Origin: an uncultured bacterium
GTDB lineage: Bacteria; Actinomycetota; Thermoleophilia; Solirubrobacterales; 70-9
Direction: 5' to 3'
NCBI GenBank assembly: GCA_963806865.1
Contig: CAWDYV010000002.1
Location: 89,194-153,193 of the forward strand
DNA: 64,000 nt
This document shows positions 29,055-38,474 of the stretch, piece after piece (positions within the stretch are counted from its first letter, which is position 1; every line of letters begins with the position of its first letter). The position numbers and the translations under genes were made by a program. The notes under the pieces were generated by a model. That model did not search any database, was not told where the DNA came from, and saw only the letters and a program-made list of their open reading frames with translations.

Positions 29055-29485
29055 GGGCTGACCCCGCCGCCGCCGCCGCCGCTTCCTCCCCCACCGCCGC
29101 CGCCGGGGTCGACGGGCTCTTCTGGCTCTTCTGGTGGCTCCTCTGTGGGCGGCTCCTCGGCAGGTGGCTCCTCAGGCGGCGGCTCTTCGGCTGGAGGCGC
29201 CGCGGGCGGAGGCGTGGGCGCGGGCTCCTCAGGTTCGTCGGGCTCCTCGGTCTCTGTGGTGGTTGAAGATGTGCTGGAGGTAGTAGAGGTCGAGGGCTCT
29301 TCGTCGTCGTCACCCCCCGCGATGACGGCCAGCGCGATGCCGACTCCAAGCGCCACCGATGCGAGCAGGATGAGGGCGATCCGCCCGCCCCTGCCCATCC
29401 CGTCCTGGTCGTCGTGCTCAGGCGGTGGATCGGCCGGATAGTCAGGCTCGCGGGAAGGCATGTGGCGAGTGGGGTCTTCGCTCAT
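29051..29485 (-). CDS. Single-pass membrane protein with Ser/Thr-, Pro/Glu- and Gly-rich low-complexity ectodomain
   Basis: 144-aa ORF. Its ATG overlaps the argD stop (ATGA). It has a TM helix RIALILLASVALGVGIALAVIAG, then STSTTSSTSSTTTETEEPDEPEEP...(EEPP)n...GGGGGGGSGGGGGG. Other frames are also open here, so the coding call rests mainly on the TM helix and the coupling. Confidence 0.45.
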   Translation of the reverse strand: MSEDPTRHMPSREPDYPADPPPEHDDQDGMGRGGRIALILLASVALGVGIALAVIAGGDDDEEPSTSTTSSTSSTTTETEEPDEPEEPAPTPPPAAPPAEEPPPEEPPAEEPPTEEPPEEPEEPVDPGGGGGGGSGGGGGGVSP

Positions 29486-30668
29486 CCGGAGGCCAAAGCT
29501 AGCGAGAGGATGCCCACGGCTCGATCGACATCGCCGGACCCCACGATCAGGGGCGGCAGGAAGCGCAGCATCGCAGGCCCGGGGCAGTTCAGGACCAGGC
29601 CGGCATCGAGGCAGCGGTCCCGCACAGCCGGCGCGTCGAGCTCTCGATCGAGCGTCAGGCCGACCATCAGGCCACGCCCTCGCACCTCGGCTATCCCGTC
29701 GATGGCACTGAGCGCGTCCATCAGGCGCTGACCTTGCTCGCGAACGTTCGCGAGCAGGGCGTCGTCGCCGATCACGTCGAGTGCGGCGAGTGCGGCCGAG
29801 GCCGCGACGGGGCCGCCGCCGAACGTCGTGCCGTGGTCGCCGGGCTCGAAGGCGTCGCCGAGCTCGCGCGCGGTCACGACCGCACCCACCGGCAAGCCGC
29901 CGCCAAGAGCCTTTGCGGCCGTCATCAGGTCGGGGCGCACCGGTAGCTGCTCGAAGGCCCAGAGGCTGCCGGTCCTCCCCATCCCGGCCTGCACCTCGTC
30001 GAAGACGAGCAGCGCGCCTGACTCATCGCACGCTTCGCGCGCCGCCATGAGCACCTCGTCGGCAATCGGGAAGATTCCTGCCTCGCCCTGGATCGGCTCG
30101 ATCATGACGGCGGCGGTGTCCGCGCTCACCGCTGCTCGAAAGCGCGTCGGCGTCGTCGCGCGGCACCGCGTCAAAGCCATCTGGCAGCGGGCCAAACCTG
30201 CCCTCGTCGGCAAGCCTGGGCGTCGCTGCGAGCGCGCCGAGCGTGCGGCCGTGGAAGCCGCCGTCGAGGCTCACGATGCGCGGGGTCTCGACGCCGCGCG
30301 CGTGTGCATGCTTGCGGGCCAGCTTGATCGCGCACTTCGGACGCCTCGGCGCCGGAGTTCGAGAGGAAGACCTTGCCGCCGAGCGAGGAGTCCGAGATGC
30401 GCTCGGCCAAGCGAAGGGCAGGCTCGGAGAGGAAGAGGTTCGAAGAGCCGTTGAAGCGGGCCGCTTGCTCGGTGATCGCGGCGACGATCCGCGGGTGGCA
30501 GTGGCCCGCGTTGTGGACCGAGAGCCCGGCGAAGAAGTCGAGGTACTCCTTGCCGTCCGAATCCCAGAGGCGCGCGCCCTCTCCGCGCACGAACTCGACG
30601 CCCGCGCGCAGGTAGGTGGGCATCGTGTAGCGCGACTCGAGGTCGCGAAGCTCGTCGACGTCGCGTCA
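29482..30668 (-). CDS. argD: Acetylornithine aminotransferase (class-III PLP enzyme), frame-disrupted
   Basis: YTMPTYLRAGVEFVRGEGARLWDSDGKEYLDFFAGLSVHNAGHCHP; SNSGAEA..AIKLARKHA; GGFHGRTLGALAATP; AAVMIEPIQGEAGI...LVFDEVQAGMGRTGSLWAFE...PDLMTAAKALGGGLPVGA. At least 3 frame changes. Located in the arg operon. Confidence 0.85.
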
Positions 30669-31790
30669 TGGCTTGAACCGCAGGACCTCGATCCCGCCCC
30701 GGTCGAGGATCCGCGCGCCTGGTCGTCGGGTCGAAGCCCGTGTCGTGCTTCGCCTCGCTGGCCATGATCAGGTTGACGAAGAGCGGGACGGGGCGACCCC
30801 TGGCCGTCCCGGGCGTCCTCGGCCAGGCGCGCGACGCCGACCTTCGAGCGTGCGGCAGGGCGACCGCGGCTTTCCGCAGTTGAAGCCGTTCGTCTCGGAC
30901 ATCTCCGCGCCCGCCCTGCACCACGCGCCGCGCGATCGGCCCGGGCCGGATCGCGTTCGGGCTGTCGGTCAGGATCAGCTGAGCGGTCGCGCGAGCGTCG
31001 TGCGGCAGGTGGCGCACCTCCATGAACGACTCCGCCTCGGCCGCGAGCTGGTCCTTCGCGTCGAGCCCGTTGAGACGCTTCGAGAACACGACCCGGAAGC
31101 TGCTCGTCGAACGGGAGCCCGCTCGTCCTGACGTTCTTCGGTCGTCTCGGGCCGAGGGCGCGGCTGGTCCGCGGGCCGGTAGACGATCGCGTTGACCCGG
31201 CCGCGGTCCTGCGAGATCTCGCCGCTCGGCGGCGTGCCGCCGATGGCGAGGAGGTGCCCGGCCTGCGCTTTCGGGTTGTGGGCGCGAGAGGACCACGTTG
31301 ATGCGGCACTCGGCGGGCGGACAGGGCGGCCCCTGCGGGCCGATCTCGATGCCGCCGTTCGTGAAGGTGATCACGCAGTGGTGCTCGCGGTGCGGGTAGC
31401 GGCCGAGGCAGACGTGGCGCTTCTCGCGGGTCAGGCGCACGGCGTTGCCGCCGCCCGTGGCGTTGGCGCCGCGCGCGAGCACGAGGTGGGCCTCGAGGTC
31501 GACGTCGTACTCGTAGGGCTGCCGGAGCACCGCGGCTCGGGCCGTGACGCAGTCGAGCGTCACCTGGAGCTCTGAGGTGACGTCGAGGCGATCGCCCGGC
31601 CTCGAGGTCGGGCAGCTGGCCGGGATCCATCGACATCACCACCCGTCCTCCTGTCCGAGTCGCGCGTGATCTGGACGGTCTTCCGCGTCTCGGACTTGTT
31701 GCCGCTCGTCGCGACGATGACCTTCGTCCTGGCCGCCCGCGGCGCTTCGCTCAGCGCCCGAGGCGACGCCGAGCGAAGCGGCCACGACCA
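30665..31790 (-). CDS. Hypothetical, probably secreted protein between argB and argD (heavily frame-disrupted, family not recognised)
   Basis: Signal-like VALVVAASLGVASGAE. Then blocks in different frames: TKVIVATSGNKSETRKTVQI; VVMSMDPGQLPDLEAG; LDCVTARAAVLRQPYEYDVDLEAHLVLARGANATGGGNAVRL...HHCVITFTNGGIEIGPQGPPCPPAECRINVVLSR; RVNAIVYRPADQ; LNGLDAKDQLAAEAESFMEVRHLPHDARATAQLILTDSPNAIRPGPIARRVVQGG; ARILDRGGIEVLRFKP-stop. The stop overlaps the argD ATG. Confidence 0.3.
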
Positions 31791-31842
31791 GCGCCACTCC
31801 CGCGCAGCGCCAACAGGCGCGGACTTGGTGGCGAAACGAGCC

Positions 31843-32709
31843 TCACGGCGTGATCTTCGTCCCGACGCCCTCGTCGGTGAAGAGCTCGAGCAGGATCGAA
31901 TGCGGCTGGCGGCCGTCGACGATCTGCGCCGAGCCGACGCCGCCGCGGATCGCCTCGACGCAGGCCGAGAGCTTCGGGCGCATGCCGCCTTCGATCTCGC
32001 CCAGGACGCGCTCGACCTCGTCGACTCGCGCCGACGAGATCAGCGTCGCCTCGTCCGCCGGGTCCTCGAGCCAGCCCGCGACGTCGGTCAGGAACATGAC
32101 CTTGTGGGCGCGAAGCGCGGCCGCGACCTTGCCGGCGGCCGCGTCGGCGTTCACGTTGTAGGAGTTGCCGCGCGCGTCGGCGGCGGCCGAGGCGACGACC
32201 GGGATGTAGTCGGCGGCGATGTGGTTGATGACGTCGACGTCCACGCGCTCGACCTCGCCCACGTTGCCGACGTGCTCGGCGTTGGCGACAGGCCGGACCG
32301 CGAACATCGAGCCGTCCTCGCCCGAGAGGCCCACCGCGGGCTGGCCGTGGCGGTTGATGCGCTTGACGATGTCCGAGTTCACCTTGCCGAGGAGCACCAT
32401 CTTCGCCACCTCGACCGTGTCGGGGTCGGAGACGCGGAGGCCCTCGTGGAACTTGACCTCCATGCCGAGGCGCTCCATGTAGCGGGTGATGTCCGGGCCG
32501 CCGCCGTGGACGACGACCGGGTTCATCCCGACGTACTTGAGGAGGACGATGTCGGTCGCGAAGGCGTCCATCAGCGCCTCGTCGGCCATCGCGGCGCCGC
32601 CGTACTTGATCACGACGGTGCGCCCGTGGAACTCGCGGATGTAGGGCAGGGCCTCCAGCAGCGTCTCGACGCTCGCGTGGCCCTCTTCGGTGCGGCGCTC
32701 GGGACTCAC
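31843..32709 (-). CDS. argB: Acetylglutamate kinase
   Basis: LLEALPYIREFHGRTVVIKYGGAAM...VVVHGGGPDITRYMERLGM...GLRVSDPDTVEVAKMVLLGKVN...NVNADAAAGKVAAAL...KVMFLTDVAGW...GMRPKLSACVEAIRGGV. The body is uninterrupted. The GTG start overlaps the argJ stop (GTGA). Confidence 0.9.
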   Translation of the reverse strand: MSPERRTEEGHASVETLLEALPYIREFHGRTVVIKYGGAAMADEALMDAFATDIVLLKYVGMNPVVVHGGGPDITRYMERLGMEVKFHEGLRVSDPDTVEVAKMVLLGKVNSDIVKRINRHGQPAVGLSGEDGSMFAVRPVANAEHVGNVGEVERVDVDVINHIAADYIPVVASAAADARGNSYNVNADAAAGKVAAALRAHKVMFLTDVAGWLEDPADEATLISSARVDEVERVLGEIEGGMRPKLSACVEAIRGGVGSAQIVDGRQPHSILLELFTDEGVGTKITP

Positions 32710-33869
32710 GTCGTGTACTCCGCGTTGATGTGGATGTACTCGTGGGTGAGGTCCGAGAAGTAGACGTGCGCGCTCGCGTCGCCGCGGCCCGAGCGCGATG
32801 CCGATCTCGGCCTCGTCGGTCTCGGCGCCGAGCTCTTCGTAGGAGATCGAGTGCGGGCCGGGCTCCGGCATCTCCTCGCCGGCGAGCGCCATGCCGGCGG
32901 CCTGAGCGATCCGGCCCCAGTTGGCGTCGCGGCCCGTGAGCGCGGTCTTCACCAGCGGCGAGTTCGCGATCGCGCGCGCCACCCGCTCGGCCTCGTCCGC
33001 GTCACGGCGCCTCGGTGACCTCGACCCGGCCGATCCGCTCGGCGCCCTCGCCGTCGGCGACGACCTCGAGCGCCAGGGCCAGCAGGACGCAGTCGAGGAG
33101 GCCCGCGGGCATGGGCGTCTCGGTCTCGCCCGTCGCCTGGAGGACGACCGTGTCGTTCGTCGACATCTGCCCGTCGACGGTGATCCGCTCGAACGAGCGC
33201 GTCGACGGCGCGGCGAAGCGCGGCGTCGGGATCGTCGATCTGCGCGTCGGTCTGCACGAAGCAGAGCATGGTGGCGAAGCCGGGCTGGATCATGCCGGCG
33301 CCCTTGGCCTGGGCGGAGATGGTCACGCCGCCCGCCTTGACGCTCACGTTCTTCGGCGCGCGGTCGGTGGTCATGATCGCCTGCGTGAAACCCGGTCGCG
33401 CGGTCCCGCGCAAGGCTCGCCGGCGGCCTTGCGGAGCCCGTCGGTGACGAGGTCGATCTCGAGCGGCACGCCGATCACGCCGGTCTCGGCGACCACGACC
33501 TTCGCGTTCGTCGAGGCCCAGCGCCTCCGCGGTCGCCGCCTGCATCTCGAGCGCGTCTCGATAGCCCTGCTCGCCCGTCGCCGCGTTCGCGTTGCCGGAG
33601 TTGACGGCGATCGCGCGGACGGCGTCCGGCGTCGAGGTTGCTCGCGGCAGACCCGGATCGGCGCGGCGGCGGCGGCGTTCCGGGTGAGGAGCACGGACGA
33701 GGCGACCTCAGGTGCGTCGCAGACGAGGACCGCGACGTCGGTCTCGCCGCCGTCCTTGAGGCCGCAGTGCGTCGCGCCCGGCCCGGAAGCCGGGCGCGAG
33801 GACCGATGGGTCGAGCTCCTCGGCGCCCCGCGGCAGGTCCACCCAGCGCTTGTCGAAGAGGCTCGTCAT
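32706..33869 (-). CDS. argJ: Bifunctional ornithine acetyltransferase / N-acetylglutamate synthase, frame-disrupted
   Basis: APGFRA..GLKDGGETDVAVLV; AVNSGNANAATG; GFTQAIMTTDRAPKNVSVKAGGVTISAQAKGAGMIQPGFATMLCFVQTDA; ITVDGQMSTNDTVVL; ARAIANSPLVKTALTGRDANWGRIAQAAG; YFSDLTHEYIHINAEYTT-stop. Several frame changes. Confidence 0.85.
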
Positions 33870-34870
33870 GCTCGAGACCCGCCGCCTCGTCGAGGCCCAG
33901 CATCAGGTTCAGGTTCTGGACGGCCTGCCCGGCGGCGCCCTTCCAGAGGTTGTCGATCGCCGCGAAGACGATCGCGCGCTCGCCGCCCCACTCCAGGCGC
34001 GGGTGGATGCGGCAGAAGTTGGACTCGCGCACGTCGGCGACGCCCGGGCGGCTCGGCGACGATCTCGACGAACGGCTCGGATGCCGTAGAGGTCGTCGTA
34101 GAGGCCGCGGAGCTCCTCGGCGTCGAGCGGCCGGGAGAGCTCGACGTAGCAGCTCGCCAGCAGCCCCTGGTCGAGCGGCAGGAGGTGCGGGATGAAGGTG
34201 AGCGGGCCCGTCGCGCCCATCGCGTGGAGCTCCTGCTCGATCTCGGGCAGGTGGCGGTGGCCGTCGACGCCGTAGGGCTTGACGTTCTCGGAGACCTCGG
34301 TGAAGTCGCCGCCGCCCTTGCCGGCGCCCGAGACGCCCGACTTGGCGTCGATCGACGGCGCTCTTGACGACGCCTGCCCGCGCGAGCGGCGCGAGCGCCA
34401 GGAGGCGTCGCGGTCGGATAGCAGCCGGGGTTGGCGACGACGCCCGCGTCGGCGATCGGCCGCGCGGTTCAGCTCGGTCAGCCCGTAGGCGGCGTCGTCG
34501 ACCAGACTCGGGCGCGCCGTGGTCGCCGTACCACTCGCCGTAGGTCGCGAGGTCGCGGATCCGGAAGTCGGCCGAGAGGTCGACGACGGGTACGTCCTCG
34601 GCGCGCAGCGCCGCGACGACCGGCGCCGCGGCGCCGTGCGGATAGGCGACGATCGCTCCGTCGAAGCCGCCGAGGTCGTCGAGGTCGAGCTCTTCCAGCG
34701 CCAGCGGCACCCGGTGGCGCGGGTAGATCGAGTCGAGGCGCGCGCCGATGTCGCAGCGCGAGGTGATGCGCGCCGAGCTCCAGCTCGGGATGGCGATGGA
34801 CGATGCGCGCCGCGAGCGCGCCCGCGAAGCCGGTCGCGCCGGCGACGAGGATCCTTGGCGGCTCAGCCAC
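33866..34870 (-). CDS. argC: N-acetyl-gamma-glutamyl-phosphate reductase, frame-disrupted
   Basis: RILVAGATGFAGALAARIVHRHPELEL; AIVAYPHGAAAPVVAAL...PVVDLSADFRIRDLATYGEWYG; fragments SNFCRIHPRLEWGGERAIVFAAIDNLWKGAAGQAVQNLNLMLGLDE. The GTG start overlaps the pheT stop. Several frame changes. Confidence 0.85.
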
Positions 34871-37354
34871 GAAGCGACCCCCCGATGCCCTCCAGGGAGT
34901 CGCGGATCGCGCCGCGGACGGGAGCGACCTCCTCGTCGGTCAGGGTGCGGTCGGCGGCGCGGAACTCGAGGCGGATCGCGAGGCTCTTGCTGTCCCTCGC
35001 CGACCTGCTCGCCGCGGTAGAGGTCGAAGATCTCGGCGCTTCGGAGGAGCTCGCCGCCGGCGCTCGGCGACCGCCTCGCGGACGCGCTCGGCCGGGACCT
35101 CCTCGGGCACGACGACCGCGAGGTCCTGAAGGAGCGCGGGATGGGTCAGGAGGTCCTCGTAGACCTCGTCGCCGGTGCTGGCCGCGGCCAGGAGCGGCGC
35201 GACGTCGAACTCGAACGCGATCGCCGACGGCAGATCCCACTCGGCCGCGACCGCGGGATGAAGCTCGCCGAGCCAGCCCGCCTCGACGCCGCCGAAGGAC
35301 GACCGAGGCCGCCCGCGCGGGATGAAGAAACGGCTGCGATACGTCCGGCGCGAACTCCGGCTCGGCGCCGAGGCTCGCGGGCGAGCGACCTCGATCACGC
35401 CCTTGAGGGTGAAGAAGTCCGTCGGCCGGGGCGTCGCCGCGCCAGGCGGCCGGGCCCAGCGGCCCGACCGCTGATCGCGCCAAGGCGGTGCGGCTCGCGG
35501 TCGGGCGCGGCGATGTCGCCGGGGAAGGCGCCGGCCTCGGTGCGCGCCCTCGGCGGGCGGCGGCTCGGCGAGATACGCGCGGCCCGACTCGAACAGGCTC
35601 GCGCGCTCCGATGCCGTGCGCGAGGTTCCGCCGCGCGGCGTCGAGGAGGCCGCCGAGGAGCGTCGTCCGCATCACCGAGAGCTCCTCGGAGAGCGGGTTG
35701 GCGACCCGCACGGCGCTGCGGCGCGGATCGTCCGCGTCGAGGCGCAGGAGGTCGAACACCTCGGGCGAGATGAGGCCCCAGGAGATCGCCTGGTCGAAGC
35801 CCATGTCGCGCATCGCGTCCTCGAGCCGGCGGCGGAGCGCCTGGCCGCGGCTGAGCCCGCCGCGCTCGCCGTGAGCGGGCAGGGTCCGCGGCAGCTGGTC
35901 GAGGCCGTGGAGGCGCCCGACCTCCTCGATCAGGTCGATCTCGCGCGTGACGTCGAAGTGGCGCTCGGGCGTGATCTCGGCGCGGAGGTCGTCGCCTTCG
36001 CGCACGACTCCGAAGCCGAGCCGCGTCAGGTTCTCCTGCGCCTCGGCGGTGTCGATCGGGATGCCGAGGATCGCCTCGGTCCGCTCGGAGCGGAGCGCGA
36101 TCACGTGCGGCGCGGGCGGCTCGGTCGCCTCGTCGATCGTGCCCGGGCACGAGCGTGGCGCCCGAGTTCTCGCAGATGAGCCTGCGACGCGACACGCTGC
36201 GCGCGCATCGCAAGCTCGGGATGAAGCTGCTTCTCGAAGCGCGCCGACGCCTCCGAGCGCAGTCCGAGCTCGTTCGAGGTCCGCAGGATGTTCGGGCCGT
36301 TCCAGGTCGCCGCCTCGAGCAGGACGCGCGTCGTCTCGTCGGAGACCTCGGAGTCGCGGCCGCCCATGACGCCGGCGATGCCGCCGGACGGGCCGGTCGC
36401 GGTCGCAGATCAGGACCATCTCCGAGTCGAGGACGCGCTCGTTTCCGTCGAGCGTCGTGATCTTCTCGCCGTCCGCGGCCGCGCGCACGACCAGGATGCC
36501 GCCCGCGACCTGGTCGAGGTCGTAGGAGTGAAGCGGCTGACCGGTGAGGAGCATCACGTAGTTCGTGACGTCGACGATGTTCGAGATCGGCCGCTGCCCG
36601 GCGGCGATGAGGCGGGCGCGGAGCCAGAGCGGCGACGGGCCCATCTCGACGCCCTCGAAGGCGCGCGCGGTGAAGCGCGGGCAGAGCTCGGGCACCTCGA
36701 CGCGTGACGGTCGCGAGGTCGTCGACCGAGCCCGAGCCGGTCGCGCTCGTAGTCCTCTTCCCACGGCGGCGGCGCCAGCGTCGCGCCCGTGATCGCGTGC
36801 ACCTCGCGCGCGACGCCGTAGAGGCCGAGGCAGTCGGAGCGGTTCGGGTTGAGGTCGAGCTCGAGCACCTCCTCGGCGATCGGCAGGACCTCGGACAGCG
36901 GGGTGCCAGGCGCGGGCGCGCCGTCGCCCGTCGCCAGGACCATGATCCCGTCGTGGTCGTCGCCCAGCTCGAGCTCGTCCTCGGCCAGGATCATCCCCGC
37001 CGACTCGATCCCGCGGAGCTTCGCCTTGCCGAGCTTCTGACCGCCGGGCATGACGGCGCCGGGCAGCGCGACCGCGACGGTCTGGCCCGCGGCGACGTTG
37101 GGCGCGCCGCAGACGATCGTGCGCTCGCCCTCGCCGTCGTCGACGACGCAGACGCTGCAGGCGGTCGGCGTTCGGGTGCTGCTCGGCCGAGACGACGTGG
37201 CCGACGACGAAGCCATCAGCCGACGGCGGGCCGACGGTCGAGACGCGCTCGACCTCGACGGCGCGCATCGAGAGGAGGTCGGCGACGCTCCGCGGCCGAG
37301 AGGCCGGGGTCGCAGTACTCGCGGAGCCACGAGTAACGGGACCTTTAGGCTCAC
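34863..37354 (-). CDS. pheT: Phenylalanine--tRNA ligase beta subunit, frame-disrupted
   Basis: KVPL(S)[13 protein letters not shown] (one extra C near 37334 breaks the frame); [19 protein letters not shown]; [48 protein letters not shown]; [19 protein letters not shown]; [23 protein letters not shown]; C-terminal [26 protein letters not shown]. Many frame changes. Confidence 0.9.
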
Positions 37355-37358
37355 TGCG

Positions 37359-38474
37359 TCAGAACTGCCCCAGGAAGCGCGCGTCGTTCTCGTAGAACAT
37401 GCGCAGGTCGGGGATGCCGTGCTTGAGGAAGGCGATCCGCTCGATCCCCATGCCGAAGGCGAAGCCCTGGACGCGCTCGGGGTCGTAGCCGTGCTCGGAG
37501 ACGAAGCCGAAGACGTTCGGGTCGACCATGCCCGCGCCGAGGATCTCGATCCAGCCGGTGCCCTTGCAGACGCCGTCGCGCTCGCCGCTGGGCAGCGTGC
37601 CCGAGCCGCCGCAGCGAAAGCAGGAGACGTCCACCTGCACGCTCGGCTCGGTGAACGGGAAGAAGTCGGGCTTGAGGCGGGTCTCGCGCTCCTCGCCGAA
37701 GAGCGCCCGCGCGACCTCCTGAAGCGTGCCCGCGAGGTCGGCGAGCGTGATGTCCTCGGCCACGGCGAGGCCCTCGACCTGCGAGAACATCGGCAGGTGC
37801 GTCGCGTCCATCGTGTCGCGGCGATAGACGGTGCCCGGCACGATCACGAAGAGCGGCGGCTCGATACGTCTCCATCGCGCGGACCTGGTTGGGCGAGGTG
37901 TGGGTGCGAAGCAGGACGTCGCGCGGGCCGGGCGGCAGGCCGTCCTGGCCGACGACGCCGTCGGCGAGCGAGGACGGGATCGACGTAGAAGGTGTCCTGC
38001 ACCATCCGCGCCGGGTGGCCCGGCGGATGGTTGAGCGCGGTGAAGTTGTAGAAGTCGTGCTCGATCTCGGGGCCGTCCATGACGCGATAGCCGAGGCCGA
38101 CGAAGATGTCCTCGATCTCGCGGCGGGTGCGGGTGATCGGATGGATGTGGCCGACGCGCACGGGCGGCGTGCCGGGCAGCGTGACGTCGATCGCGTCCGG
38201 CGCGAGACGCGCGTCGAGCTCGCCGGACTCGAGCTCGCTGCTTGCGGGCGTCGAGCGCCGCCTCGAGCTCCTTGCGCGCCCTGTTCGCGCCCGAGCCGAC
38301 CGGGCCGCGCTCCTCCGCGGGCAGGTCGGCGATGCCGCGCAGGATCGAGGTCAGCTCGGACTTGCGGCCCAGGTAGCGGACGCGGAGCTCCTCGAGCGCG
38401 GCGGAATCGGGCGCCGCGGCGATCGCGCCAGCGCCCTCGGTCCTCAGCTCTTCGATTCGATCGACTGCGCTCAT
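37359..38474 (-). CDS. pheS: Phenylalanine--tRNA ligase alpha subunit, frame-disrupted in the middle
   Basis: [35 protein letters not shown]; [41 protein letters not shown]; [27 protein letters not shown]...[15 protein letters not shown]...[16 protein letters not shown]...[35 protein letters not shown]. Confidence 0.9.
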   Translation of the reverse strand: MSAVDRIEELRTEGAGAIAAAPDSAALEELRVRYLGRKSELTSILRGIADLPAEERGPVGSGANRARKELEAALDARKQRARVRRARRASRAGRDRRHAARHAARARRPHPSDHPHPPRDRGHLRRPRLSRHGRPRDRARLLQLHRAQPSAGPPGADGAGHLLRRSRPRSPTASSARTACRPARATSCFAPTPRPTRSARWRRIEPPLFVIVPGTVYRRDTMDATHLPMFSQVEGLAVAEDITLADLAGTLQEVARALFGEERETRLKPDFFPFTEPSVQVDVSCFRCGGSGTLPSGERDGVCKGTGWIEILGAGMVDPNVFGFVSEHGYDPERVQGFAFGMGIERIAFLKHGIPDLRMFYENDARFLGQF

